The notes under the pieces are model-generated. The model was not told the origin of the DNA. It saw nothing but the letters and a program-made list of their open reading frames with translations, and made no database searches. Positions 9,606 to 18,474 of a stretch of 29,154 bases of DNA are shown piece by piece. The stretch lies in contig JBGCEP010000021.1 of assembly GCA_045106415.1 (NCBI GenBank), positions 1 to 29,154 of the forward strand. The letters are read 5' to 3'. The stretch comes from Oligoflexales bacterium (GTDB taxonomy: Bacteria > Bdellovibrionota_B > Oligoflexia > Oligoflexales > Bog-1112). Numbering within the stretch: position 1 is the first letter of the stretch; each line of letters opens with the position of its first letter. Position numbers and translations under genes: made by a program.

Positions 9606-11384
9606 CTATTCATCAGACTGTGTCTTTTGGATCGCTTCATCCAAAGAGGTCACCCCTTGGAGCACTTTACTAAATGCAGACTCACGTAGTGAGCGCATTC
9701 CATTTTTTGCTGCTTCACGACGAATAGATGTCGCATCTTGTGTTTTCAGGACTAATTCTTTCATATTATCATCTATCACCATGAGCTCGTATATTCCTGT
9801 TCGGCCTTTGTAACCTTGACCAAAACAGCGCTCACACCCAGCTCCTTGGCGAAATATTTTCATACCTGCTATATCTTCTCGAGTCCGCTCCATCAAAGCC
9901 AACTCTCTATCTGTTGGCTGATGCGCTTGGCGACAAGAAGTACATAAAACACGAATAAGTCGCGTAGCCATCACACCTAAAACAGCAGACGACAACTGAA
10001 ACGCTGGAATATTAAAATCACCTAACCGGATAATCGTTGATGCTGCATCATTTGTATGCAAAGTAGAAAAAACAAGGTGACCGGTTAACGATGACTGCAC
10101 AGCAATCCCTGCCGTTTCTTCATCTCGAATTTCACCAATCATAATAACATCAGGGTCCTGACGAAGAATTGCTCTTAAGCCTTCACCAAAAGATAAACCC
10201 ACCTTATGATTTACACTAATCTGCCCAACACCCGGAAGCCTATACTCTACAGGATCTTCAACCGTCATAATATTCACATCAGTCGTATTGATATGACTCA
10301 CCGAAGCATAGAGTAATGTTGTTTTACCTGATCCTGTCGGCCCTGTGACAAGAACAATTCCATGTTTCTTCTTAAGAAGTTCTGTCCATTTATCATGAAT
10401 CTCATCCCCCATTCCCATATCGATAAGTCTTTTCACACCTTCTGACTTATCAAGAAGACGCATCACTACTCGCTCACCGTGAGCCGTAGGAAGAACTGAA
10501 AGTCTGACATCAATTTCTTTCCCTGCCACACGAATACCAATACGGCCATCTTGCGGAATACGTTTTTCTGCAATATTCAATTTCCCTAAAATTTTAATTC
10601 GAGACACTAAAGAACCTAAATGCCTTTTAGGTACTTGCATCGTATCATTCAGCGCACCATCAATTCGAAATCGAACCATAATTTCATTTTCATAAGGTTC
10701 AATATGAATATCTGAAGCTTTTTCTTTCACAGCCTGTGACAACAAACCATTTACCAAACGAATAATCGGTTTTTCATCATCAGTCGATTCTAAAAGGTCT
10801 TTTGTTTCTTCTAAATTATCATCCTCACCAATCTCAGGTACGTTAAGCTCATCAATCACTTTACGTGATGCATCACTAGAACGTTCATAAACCCTGTTGA
10901 TACTGTTTTGTATTACAGATGGAGGAGACACAATCATATTTACATTTGTAGATAAAATTAAGCGTAAATCATCAAGTGGATAAATATTTAGCGGATCAGC
11001 TACAGCAACCGTCAAATTAAAATCATCACGGGCCACAGGTAAAATTAAATTGTCTCGACTAAACTGAATAGGAATACTATCAACCAAACCCGGGTCAATA
11101 TCATTTACAGGAAGTTTATCGTAATAAGGTAAATCTAGCTGATAAGCTAAAGCTTTCAACATATCTTCTTCAGTCAGATATTCTTTCTCAATAAGAATTT
11201 CACCTAATTTTTTAGGCTCAAGACTTTCACCCTTATCGTGAAGTTGGGCATCTAACGCATCTTGCAGCTGCTCTTCTGTAATCGATGATGTATCGATTAA
11301 GATTTCACCAAGACTACGTCGCTGCAATTTCCGATACGCGACAACTGGAACTTCTTTGCTTCCTGATGACGTCAAACCACTCAT
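9606..11384 (-). CDS. gspE: T2SS assembly ATPase GspE with N-terminal MshEN-like domain
   Basis: ASDIHIEP, Walker A GPTGSGKT, TVEDPVE, LRQDPDVIMIGEIRD, TGHLVFSTLH and a CxxC...CxxC zinc motif. Confidence 0.97.
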   Translation of the reverse strand: MSGLTSSGSKEVPVVAYRKLQRRSLGEILIDTSSITEEQLQDALDAQLHDKGESLEPKKLGEILIEKEYLTEEDMLKALAYQLDLPYYDKLPVNDIDPGLVDSIPIQFSRDNLILPVARDDFNLTVAVADPLNIYPLDDLRLILSTNVNMIVSPPSVIQNSINRVYERSSDASRKVIDELNVPEIGEDDNLEETKDLLESTDDEKPIIRLVNGLLSQAVKEKASDIHIEPYENEIMVRFRIDGALNDTMQVPKRHLGSLVSRIKILGKLNIAEKRIPQDGRIGIRVAGKEIDVRLSVLPTAHGERVVMRLLDKSEGVKRLIDMGMGDEIHDKWTELLKKKHGIVLVTGPTGSGKTTLLYASVSHINTTDVNIMTVEDPVEYRLPGVGQISVNHKVGLSFGEGLRAILRQDPDVIMIGEIRDEETAGIAVQSSLTGHLVFSTLHTNDAASTIIRLGDFNIPAFQLSSAVLGVMATRLIRVLCTSCRQAHQPTDRELALMERTREDIAGMKIFRQGAGCERCFGQGYKGRTGIYELMVIDDNMKELVLKTQDATSIRREAAKNGMRSLRESAFSKVLQGVTSLDEAIQKTQSDE

Positions 11385-13768
11385 GATGCCTCCTCAGCTT
11401 CTGAAGATCCAGATGGAGGTGGTGGTTCTTCACTATTTTCCACTGGTGTTGACTGATCAAAGCCATCATCTATCGATTCGCTTTGACCCCCATTTTCTCT
11501 AAAATCATAAGACCCTTTCCCCGAAGCGCTTCCTTCTGAGGTATCACCTAAACCAAGAGAGCGAAGCTCTTCTTCACGTCGTTGAGACTCAATTTTTGCT
11601 TCTTTTTCGTCAAGCGCAGTAGGACGAAACTGTCCATCTTCAAACTGTGGGAGCTGCGCATAAAAACTAGAGCTCACATCATCTGCTCCATACACTGCTT
11701 TCATGAATTCATCTCTTCGTTTTAACTTCGCTTCATAAATCGCAGCCAAATCTGCTGGTCCATGCACTGCGTAAGAAGTAATAAAAATAAGAAGATTACT
11801 TTTTTCATGTGTTTTCCCAGTATTTCTGAACAGCCAACCTAAAACAGGGAGATCACCTAGCAAAGGTATTTTTTTCGCTTCCTCAACTTCTCTGTCTGTC
11901 ATTAAGCCTGAAATCACAACAGTTTGACCACTTTTCACTGTAACTGTTTGCTTAGTTTTTCTCTTAGTCATACGAGGAATACCATTCGTCAAACCAGCAA
12001 GTTCATTTTGATCCAACTCAATTTTCATCGTAACGTAATTGGAGTGTGAGATACTTGGCCTAATGTTCAACACAAGGTCAACATCTTCTTTTTGAAGTTT
12101 TTTTGAAGAAACCCCAGTTGCTACACTGGTGTCAGATGTTTCAAAAAATATTTTCTGGCCTGAAGTTAAAGACGCATCTTCATTATTTAAAGTTAAAACA
12201 TGTGGCGAAGAAAGCACTCTAGTATTTTGATCACGCTTTAACATTGAAATAAGAGCTCCCGGAGTAAATTTTCCGAGCCCTGGAATTTCCAAACTTTTTC
12301 CTGATAACATACCAATCGTTAAATCTTCTGCGAACGTATCCGTAACGGCCTGCAAATTAGTTCCACTGGCTGTATTTGAAGTTGCTTGAACTGCTTCAGA
12401 TAACACCAGAGGCCCCATTTTTTTACCTTCCCAAGCCATGATTTGCTTACCGCTTCCAGGAACCCCCATAATCACAGAACTTCCAAAATTGAAACTTCCA
12501 TCCATTTTCACATCTAAAATATCTGCTTCGACATAAACCTGGCTTCGTCTTCGATCAAGCTTTCGAATAATTGAGTTTAAAGATTCATACGCAGAACGAC
12601 TCCCAGTAATTAACAAAGAGTTTGACGAAGGATCAGCAGTAATTTTTACTCCATCGCCTAAATCAGCAACAGCAACCTGGCCATTATCAGAAGTCTTTCT
12701 GCGACTTTTCAAAGAGCTTCTTGTGGGAGGTGTTCGACCACTTGATTTTTTACCACCCGTAAGGCTTGACAATGTAGAGGCCAGCTTTGAAGCATCAGCA
12801 TAATCCAAAGGTCTTACATGAATCGTATCTTGTGCAGCTGGGTCATCTAAAGGAATATCAAACTTTTGAATCAGATCTCTAACATCATCAATCGTACGAG
12901 GAGGACCAAAAACAATCACAGCTCCAGTTCTATCATCGGCTAAAATTTTATAGTCGCCATAATTACTGACCGTTCCTTTACTTCCTTTTCGAGCTCCCTG
13001 CAAAATTTGTTTTACTTTTTCCGCTACACTCTTAGGGTCTGAGTGTCGAATAGGAACAATTTCTAATTTTGGTTGTTGAGTTTCAACGTCCAACAGTTGC
13101 AGAATATCGAGAATTCGACGAATTTTAAAACCACTTTCAGTGACAATAAGAGTATTTGTAGGCTCATAGGCAATCATAGATTGTGAGGAGACAATCCTTG
13201 ATAAAGTTGTTTGCACTTGTTTCGCATCAACATATGTCAACGGAATCACCTGGGTCACAACCTCATCTGTTCTAGGAGCCCATTGTGTTCCTTGATACGT
13301 TTTTAAATTTGATTTATAAGCCTCGCGAACTTTTAAAATCTTGATAGCTTTACCAGTTTCTACTGTTGTTAAACCCAACATATTCAGAGCAGATAAAAAC
13401 GCTTGATAAGCTTCTTCTTTAGTGACTTTTTGCGGTGATATAATCTGCACTTTGCCTGAAACGTTACGATCTACAATCACATTTTTTCCAGTCCACAAAG
13501 ACACTGCTTCAATAATATCGCGAATGTCTGTCAACTCTGGGAAGTCCATATTGACAAGCTCTCGTCCAGGTGCAATACGTGCCGCTCCTCGGTTTTTCAC
13601 TGCACTGTCGTTATCCTGAGCAGCTCGTGCCTCCACTTTTGGCAGATTTTTTTCCTCAGCAGCAGTAATACCTGGCTGTGACGCCAGTGACTGCACTGCA
13701 TACACTTCTGCATGCATTGAAAACGCCAAAATTATAAAAATCTTCAACTGTCGTTGCACCTTCATCAC
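11381..13768 (-). CDS. gspD: T2SS secretin GspD (canonical-looking copy)
   Basis: Signal peptide, N0-N3 domains, RRSQVYVEADI, VLSSPHVLTLNNEDA, GQTVVISGL and KIPLLGDLPVLGWLF. Confidence 0.95.
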   Translation of the reverse strand: MMKVQRQLKIFIILAFSMHAEVYAVQSLASQPGITAAEEKNLPKVEARAAQDNDSAVKNRGAARIAPGRELVNMDFPELTDIRDIIEAVSLWTGKNVIVDRNVSGKVQIISPQKVTKEEAYQAFLSALNMLGLTTVETGKAIKILKVREAYKSNLKTYQGTQWAPRTDEVVTQVIPLTYVDAKQVQTTLSRIVSSQSMIAYEPTNTLIVTESGFKIRRILDILQLLDVETQQPKLEIVPIRHSDPKSVAEKVKQILQGARKGSKGTVSNYGDYKILADDRTGAVIVFGPPRTIDDVRDLIQKFDIPLDDPAAQDTIHVRPLDYADASKLASTLSSLTGGKKSSGRTPPTRSSLKSRRKTSDNGQVAVADLGDGVKITADPSSNSLLITGSRSAYESLNSIIRKLDRRRSQVYVEADILDVKMDGSFNFGSSVIMGVPGSGKQIMAWEGKKMGPLVLSEAVQATSNTASGTNLQAVTDTFAEDLTIGMLSGKSLEIPGLGKFTPGALISMLKRDQNTRVLSSPHVLTLNNEDASLTSGQKIFFETSDTSVATGVSSKKLQKEDVDLVLNIRPSISHSNYVTMKIELDQNELAGLTNGIPRMTKRKTKQTVTVKSGQTVVISGLMTDREVEEAKKIPLLGDLPVLGWLFRNTGKTHEKSNLLIFITSYAVHGPADLAAIYEAKLKRRDEFMKAVYGADDVSSSFYAQLPQFEDGQFRPTALDEKEAKIESQRREEELRSLGLGDTSEGSASGKGSYDFRENGGQSESIDDGFDQSTPVENSEEPPPPSGSSEAEEAS

Positions 13769-15696
13769 ATCCCCTTCCGTGGGTCCGCATCTCGCAATCG
13801 TTCCGAGGATAACATAGAGGCACTTCTCTTATGCCTCCGGCCCTCAGCATACGAATCGGACAAATGGCTTGCATCATAAACTACATGAGGTGTCACAAAC
13901 ACCATAATTTGACTCCCCTGCTTCCTTGATTTTGAACTTCTAAACAGCGCCCCAAGCATTGGAATGTCTCCAAACAAGGGGATTTTTGACACTTCCTCTA
14001 ACTCTCTAACTCCATCTAAACCCGCCACAACAAGGGTTTGTCTATCCTTCATTGCGAACACTTGTTTTGTTTTCATTTGACGAATAGTAGCTCTCGCTCC
14101 ATCTTGAGGAGCCACGAAAGACGTTTGAACTAAGTTCATTTCTAAGGTCATTTTTTTTCCTTGAGACACATGTGGGGTGAGCTCAAGCTCTAAACCGACT
14201 TCTTCTTTTTCATATTTCGCACCAGCAGCTACAGACCCAACTGGCTGCTCTGTTTTTAAAAACACAGTTTCACCAGCTGCCATTTTTGACTCTTGTCCCT
14301 CAACAGCAAGAAGTTGAATACTTGATAAAGATCTATTGCGAGTATCTTGCTTCAGCAAGTCAATAAACTGCGACGATTGCACTCTACCCAACCCAGGAAC
14401 CCTAACCCCTTTTGCCCCTAAAACACCAAAGACTAATTGACTTCCCAAAACAGCCAAAGCACTCGCTGTTGTTCCTTGTGCTGTTTGATCATCACTTGAG
14501 GCCCCAGCAACAGCTAATGGCGCAGCAGCATTCCAACCTGTAATAGCATGAAGAGATGATGAAGATAGGCTATCTAGAATTTTTGTTTCATACTGAAAAC
14601 CATGAAAGTCACTTACATCGACAATTTCAATATCGAGATAAACCTGTGTTCTAGCTTTATCGAGCTTACGCAACAGCCTTGCTAAACTTTTTTGCTCAGA
14701 AAAAGTTCCTGTCATCAACAAAGAGTTTCCAGGCTCCCAAGGCGTTAAAGTCATCGTTCTACGATTTTCACCTGGTTGCGGGTGATCATGTTGAGGTCGA
14801 TCTTTATATAAGGTCGAAATATCGCGGGCAACAACTTTAACATCTGTGTGAAACAAAGGGAAAACCCTAAATGCAGAACCATTTCCATCTTTTCGAGGGG
14901 CACCATCTAATTTTCGCACCCACTTCGTTAGTAATTTTAAAACACGAGGCCGACCCGATAGCACCACAGCGCCAATCTCATTAAAAGCTAAGCACTGCCA
15001 GTCTTTAATATTTTTTTTAAGCACCATTTGCTCTATTTTTTGAGCGACTTGAGACGGTTCTGAAAATTTCAAATAAACAATTTGCACATTTCTACTCATT
15101 GCAGGAGCATCTAAACGCTTAATCAAATCCTCTACCTGACGGACCTTGACACCCGCTCCCATCACCAACAATGCATTTTGTTTTTCAAAAGCAAGCAAGT
15201 CTCCTGCAACCATTAACGGCTTCAGCGTTTTCTGCAAAAGTTGAGCATCACCTCTATGCAAAGGCACCAGCTTTGTTACTAATGTTTCGCTATTAGGTGT
15301 CCAGCCTTGAGGGTTTAACATCAAAGAATGTTGCTCACGCACTTTTGCCGTAGGAACAACCTTCAGCAAGCGACTAGTTTCTAGCACCGTAAAACCAGTC
15401 ACTCTCAACGTTGCAAGAACCATTTCCCAGACTTCTTGTTCCGACATGCGACTATGGGTGTATAAGCGAACCTTACCCTTTAACTTACTATCAATCAGAA
15501 TATTTTTTTTCTTCCAGCGCGCACTCATTTCCACTAAATCTTTTAATTCGACATCACCATGGATGTTTAAAGAAATATCACCATCGCTCGATTGTTTAGA
15601 AAAACTAGATGCGGAAAAAAACAAACAAAACCAGAGAGCAAAACTCTTCCCAGATAACCATCTGAAGTTTTCAACTCTCATCACCGTTAATCTCAC
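13765..15696 (-). CDS. gspD: Second, divergent T2SS secretin GspD
   Basis: Signal peptide, N0-N3-like domains, RTQVYLDIEI, VGLELELTPHV and KIPLFGDIPMLGALF...MVFVTPHVV. GTGA overlaps at both ends. Confidence 0.9.
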   Translation of the reverse strand: MRLTVMRVENFRWLSGKSFALWFCLFFSASSFSKQSSDGDISLNIHGDVELKDLVEMSARWKKKNILIDSKLKGKVRLYTHSRMSEQEVWEMVLATLRVTGFTVLETSRLLKVVPTAKVREQHSLMLNPQGWTPNSETLVTKLVPLHRGDAQLLQKTLKPLMVAGDLLAFEKQNALLVMGAGVKVRQVEDLIKRLDAPAMSRNVQIVYLKFSEPSQVAQKIEQMVLKKNIKDWQCLAFNEIGAVVLSGRPRVLKLLTKWVRKLDGAPRKDGNGSAFRVFPLFHTDVKVVARDISTLYKDRPQHDHPQPGENRRTMTLTPWEPGNSLLMTGTFSEQKSLARLLRKLDKARTQVYLDIEIVDVSDFHGFQYETKILDSLSSSSLHAITGWNAAAPLAVAGASSDDQTAQGTTASALAVLGSQLVFGVLGAKGVRVPGLGRVQSSQFIDLLKQDTRNRSLSSIQLLAVEGQESKMAAGETVFLKTEQPVGSVAAGAKYEKEEVGLELELTPHVSQGKKMTLEMNLVQTSFVAPQDGARATIRQMKTKQVFAMKDRQTLVVAGLDGVRELEEVSKIPLFGDIPMLGALFRSSKSRKQGSQIMVFVTPHVVYDASHLSDSYAEGRRHKRSASMLSSERLRDADPRKGM

Positions 15697-16691
15697 TTTA
15701 TTTGAACGTTAATGGTCATAGCTTGATCTCCACGCAGCGCATAAATAGAGATATCTCTTTCATCAAGAAAGGCTTGAAATAAAGCAAAACCACTTTCTTG
15801 ACTTAACGGAGTACTATTTACTTTCGTAATTAAATCTCCATTTTTCAAACCAACTTTATCAAAAAGAGTTCCAGACTTGATAGAATAAATCTTAAATCCT
15901 TGAACTCTATTATCTGAATTATTTGGAACTAAACGTGCAGATTGGATAATCTTTCCAAAGCCATCACCAAGCTGCTCCTCGACCCAACTCCCCTCTAAAA
16001 CAACAGTCCCGCCTTGTGATCCTTCTTCGTTTTGATCTTCATCTTCATCTTCTTCACCATCCCCCTGCCGGCTCGAACCTTTTCGATTACTCTCAACAAA
16101 GTTCTCACTATCTTTCACAGTCAAACACTCTTTGCGTCCGTCATGATTTAACACAACTTGCCTCGGTAAAATTTCTACAACTGTCGCTGTGTCATAACCA
16201 ATCAAAGTTTCTCCCACACGATAAAGATCCATTTCCGCAAAATCTTTCTCTTGAACCATCGCTAGAGAGCTCCCCTCTGGTGAGGAATAAATTGTACCGT
16301 GCAGCTGTAAAGGTAAAGCACTTGGAACACAAGGGGCTTGGGCATTAAATTCTTGTGGGGCTATATTGTTTTCGGATAAATCATTGAGAGCAGTTTCATC
16401 AGGAAGCTCGCCTTCTGAATTAAAAAGATTTCTTTCAAGTACCGCTACTCTCACATTGCGGTAGTTCGGCAACCTCGGAAACACTAACTTTATTGACGCT
16501 TCCGAGCCTGAATCAGAAAGCTTCTTTTGTTTTCTCTTAGACTCAGGCGAAAGATCCACCATAATTAAAACCAAAGATGCAGACGCTATTGCTGCCAACA
16601 CATAAGCACAAAACATCGTCATCGCGGCAAATGATGCATAATGAAAAAACTTTTCCACGCGCTCTGAACTTTGTAGTCCTGCAACTTCCAT
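15693..16691 (-). CDS. gspC: T2SS GspC (TM-HR-PDZ), copy 2
   Basis: TM, ERNLFNSEG, LPLQLHGTI HR domain and PDZ domain GFKIYSIKSGTLFDKVGLKNGDLITKVN. Confidence 0.9.
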   Translation of the reverse strand: MEVAGLQSSERVEKFFHYASFAAMTMFCAYVLAAIASASLVLIMVDLSPESKRKQKKLSDSGSEASIKLVFPRLPNYRNVRVAVLERNLFNSEGELPDETALNDLSENNIAPQEFNAQAPCVPSALPLQLHGTIYSSPEGSSLAMVQEKDFAEMDLYRVGETLIGYDTATVVEILPRQVVLNHDGRKECLTVKDSENFVESNRKGSSRQGDGEEDEDEDQNEEGSQGGTVVLEGSWVEEQLGDGFGKIIQSARLVPNNSDNRVQGFKIYSIKSGTLFDKVGLKNGDLITKVNSTPLSQESGFALFQAFLDERDISIYALRGDQAMTINVQIK

Positions 16692-17695
16692 TACTTCACC
16701 TGCAGATTAATATTAAGACTTTCACCGCTTCTATGAACTCTCACTTCAATTTGGCTTTCACCCCGTAAGGATTGAAGAAGACGAATAGCCTGAGCTGCAT
16801 CACTCAAAGGGATACCATTAATTTCTTTAACAATATCTCCATTCCGCAAACCTGCTTTTTCGTAAATAGAATCTTGGCGAATTCTATTCACTTGAAACCC
16901 AGCAAGCTCTCCATTTTCATAATGCGGCTCAGCTTTAGCATCTTGTAAAACTTGAGAAAAATCTTCCCCCAAAAGTTTTCTTCGAAACCCATCAGTCACT
17001 ACGATATTTGTCCCCTCTCTCTCAAAGCCCTCTTCTCGATAAGCTTCAGGAGGAGGAGAAACAGCAATACGGCGGATTTTTTTATCTTCAGAACTAGCAG
17101 GGCCTTTACGGCCTCGCCTTCTATCTTTTTTCTCTTTTTTAACTTCAATTAAAGGCAAGTGCTCACGCTGGTCTTTATTCATAAGAATCACTCGATTCTC
17201 ATAAATTTCAATCACCTTAACGCCAGCTGAAACTGCATCACCCACCAAAAAACTGCTAATGGAACGACGCGCTGTATTCTCTATCATGGCAATACCAGAA
17301 AAAGCATCACCACCATAAATAACCCCCATCAACTTCAGAGGCAAAGACGTCAAGACACTGCTGTCTCCATTCTCATCTACTTTTTCTTCAGCTGCAGGCT
17401 GTGAACCAACTTCTTCATCTTCTGCCGTCTTACCTTCATGGTTGAAAATATTTCTTTCCAATACTTTCAGAACATCTTGTTCTGAAAAAATACCGCCACC
17501 CTTCACCGCAAAAACAGGTACAGCTAAAGGTTGAGATTCAATTTTAACTTTACGCGTTGCAACACCGCCCACATACCACCATGTCAGAAAAGACGACGTG
17601 GCTAAACTCGCAAAAAAACCACCACCAACCATCTGGGCAAACCTCAGCCAAGGAAGCTGTAAGATTTTCAGTAAGATGCCTTCAAGTGGCTCCAT
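16691..17695 (-). CDS. gspC: T2SS GspC (TM-HR-PDZ), copy 1
   Basis: TM, ERNIFNHEG, LPLKLMGVI and PDZ domain GFQVNRIRQDSIYEKAGLRNGDIVKEING. TAATG overlap with copy 2. Confidence 0.9.
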   Translation of the reverse strand: MEPLEGILLKILQLPWLRFAQMVGGGFFASLATSSFLTWWYVGGVATRKVKIESQPLAVPVFAVKGGGIFSEQDVLKVLERNIFNHEGKTAEDEEVGSQPAAEEKVDENGDSSVLTSLPLKLMGVIYGGDAFSGIAMIENTARRSISSFLVGDAVSAGVKVIEIYENRVILMNKDQREHLPLIEVKKEKKDRRRGRKGPASSEDKKIRRIAVSPPPEAYREEGFEREGTNIVVTDGFRRKLLGEDFSQVLQDAKAEPHYENGELAGFQVNRIRQDSIYEKAGLRNGDIVKEINGIPLSDAAQAIRLLQSLRGESQIEVRVHRSGESLNINLQVK

Positions 17696-18276
17696 AAGTT
17701 TGCTTTACCTTCCTTGTTCTTTTCATCACACAAAATACGATGTAACCATTCAGCGCAGATATCAATCGAAGCATAATCGGTTGGCAAAATCACTTCTGCC
17801 GCTCGCTCAAACCATTCTCGCCGCTGAACTTTTAAACCACGCAGCAAAGTTTCTAAGCTCTCTTTTCGAATATTTCCGCTTTCATCCAACGCATCGGCTA
17901 AAAGTGGGCGTTTCTTCACTTCCCCCACTGAAGAAAGCCGTCTTACCAGCTCTGGGAGTTCACAATCAAGATAAACAACTGTTCCCATTTGTTGTAACAA
18001 TTCTACGATTTCCATCTGATGGACAGCGCCGCCACCAACCGAGATCACCATATTGCGGGTCGACTTTAACCTTTTAAGCCCAGAGAGCTCCAAATCCCTC
18101 CAAGCTTCAAGACCACGCTTTTCAATAAGCTCTTTAGGGCTTTGCTTCTCTTTCCGAGAAATCCATGTATCTAAATCAACATAACCATGACCTAAAAAAG
18201 AACTTAAAAGCCGGCCCACCGCACTTTTACCAGCCCCTGGCATTCCAATAATAATAACATTTTCGCGATAAGACAT
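17668..18276 (-). CDS. aroK: Shikimate kinase
   Basis: IGMPGAGKSAVG P-loop, DLD, SVGGG, VVYL and RPLL motifs. Start is ATG 18276 after GGAG; the longer ORF-track start at 18435 lies inside a terminator hairpin. Confidence 0.9.
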   Translation of the reverse strand: MSYRENVIIIGMPGAGKSAVGRLLSSFLGHGYVDLDTWISRKEKQSPKELIEKRGLEAWRDLELSGLKRLKSTRNMVISVGGGAVHQMEIVELLQQMGTVVYLDCELPELVRRLSSVGEVKKRPLLADALDESGNIRKESLETLLRGLKVQRREWFERAAEVILPTDYASIDICAEWLHRILCDEKNKEGKANLWSHLKASY

Positions 18277-18415
18277 GTTTGCTCCAGCCACAGACGTGAC
18301 TTTAGTTTGCCACAAAAGCAGAATTTGAAAAACTTCAATTTTCCGACTATCTCTGAATTGTTGGGCAGTTGTGATCCTGAGGCTCGGCGAAAGAAGCTTG
18401 CGACGCTTTTGATAT

Positions 18416-18452
18416 AAAAAAACCAAGGACAGCACAATGTGCCTCCTTGGTT
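18416..18452 (-). terminator. Intrinsic terminator downstream of ychF
   Basis: The minus strand reads AACCAAGGA-G-GCAC-ATT-GTGC-TG-TCCTTGGTT and runs into a T7 tract, about 20 nt after the ychF stop. Confidence 0.75.
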
Positions 18453-18474
18453 AATAACGTCATTCAAGAATCCC

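Noticed and set aside
1267..17695. Cluster read as a type IV pilus or competence system
   Set aside because: GspG, GspK, GspC-PDZ, GspN and N0-N3 secretins, with no PilT in the window, fit a T2SS. The absence of gspO from the cluster is common because the peptidase is often encoded elsewhere.
17598..18077. 159-aa plus-strand ORF, along with the other short ORFs overlapping gsp, dnaG, rpoD and cmo genes
   Set aside because: They lie antisense to, or out of frame within, well-supported genes and show no family features.
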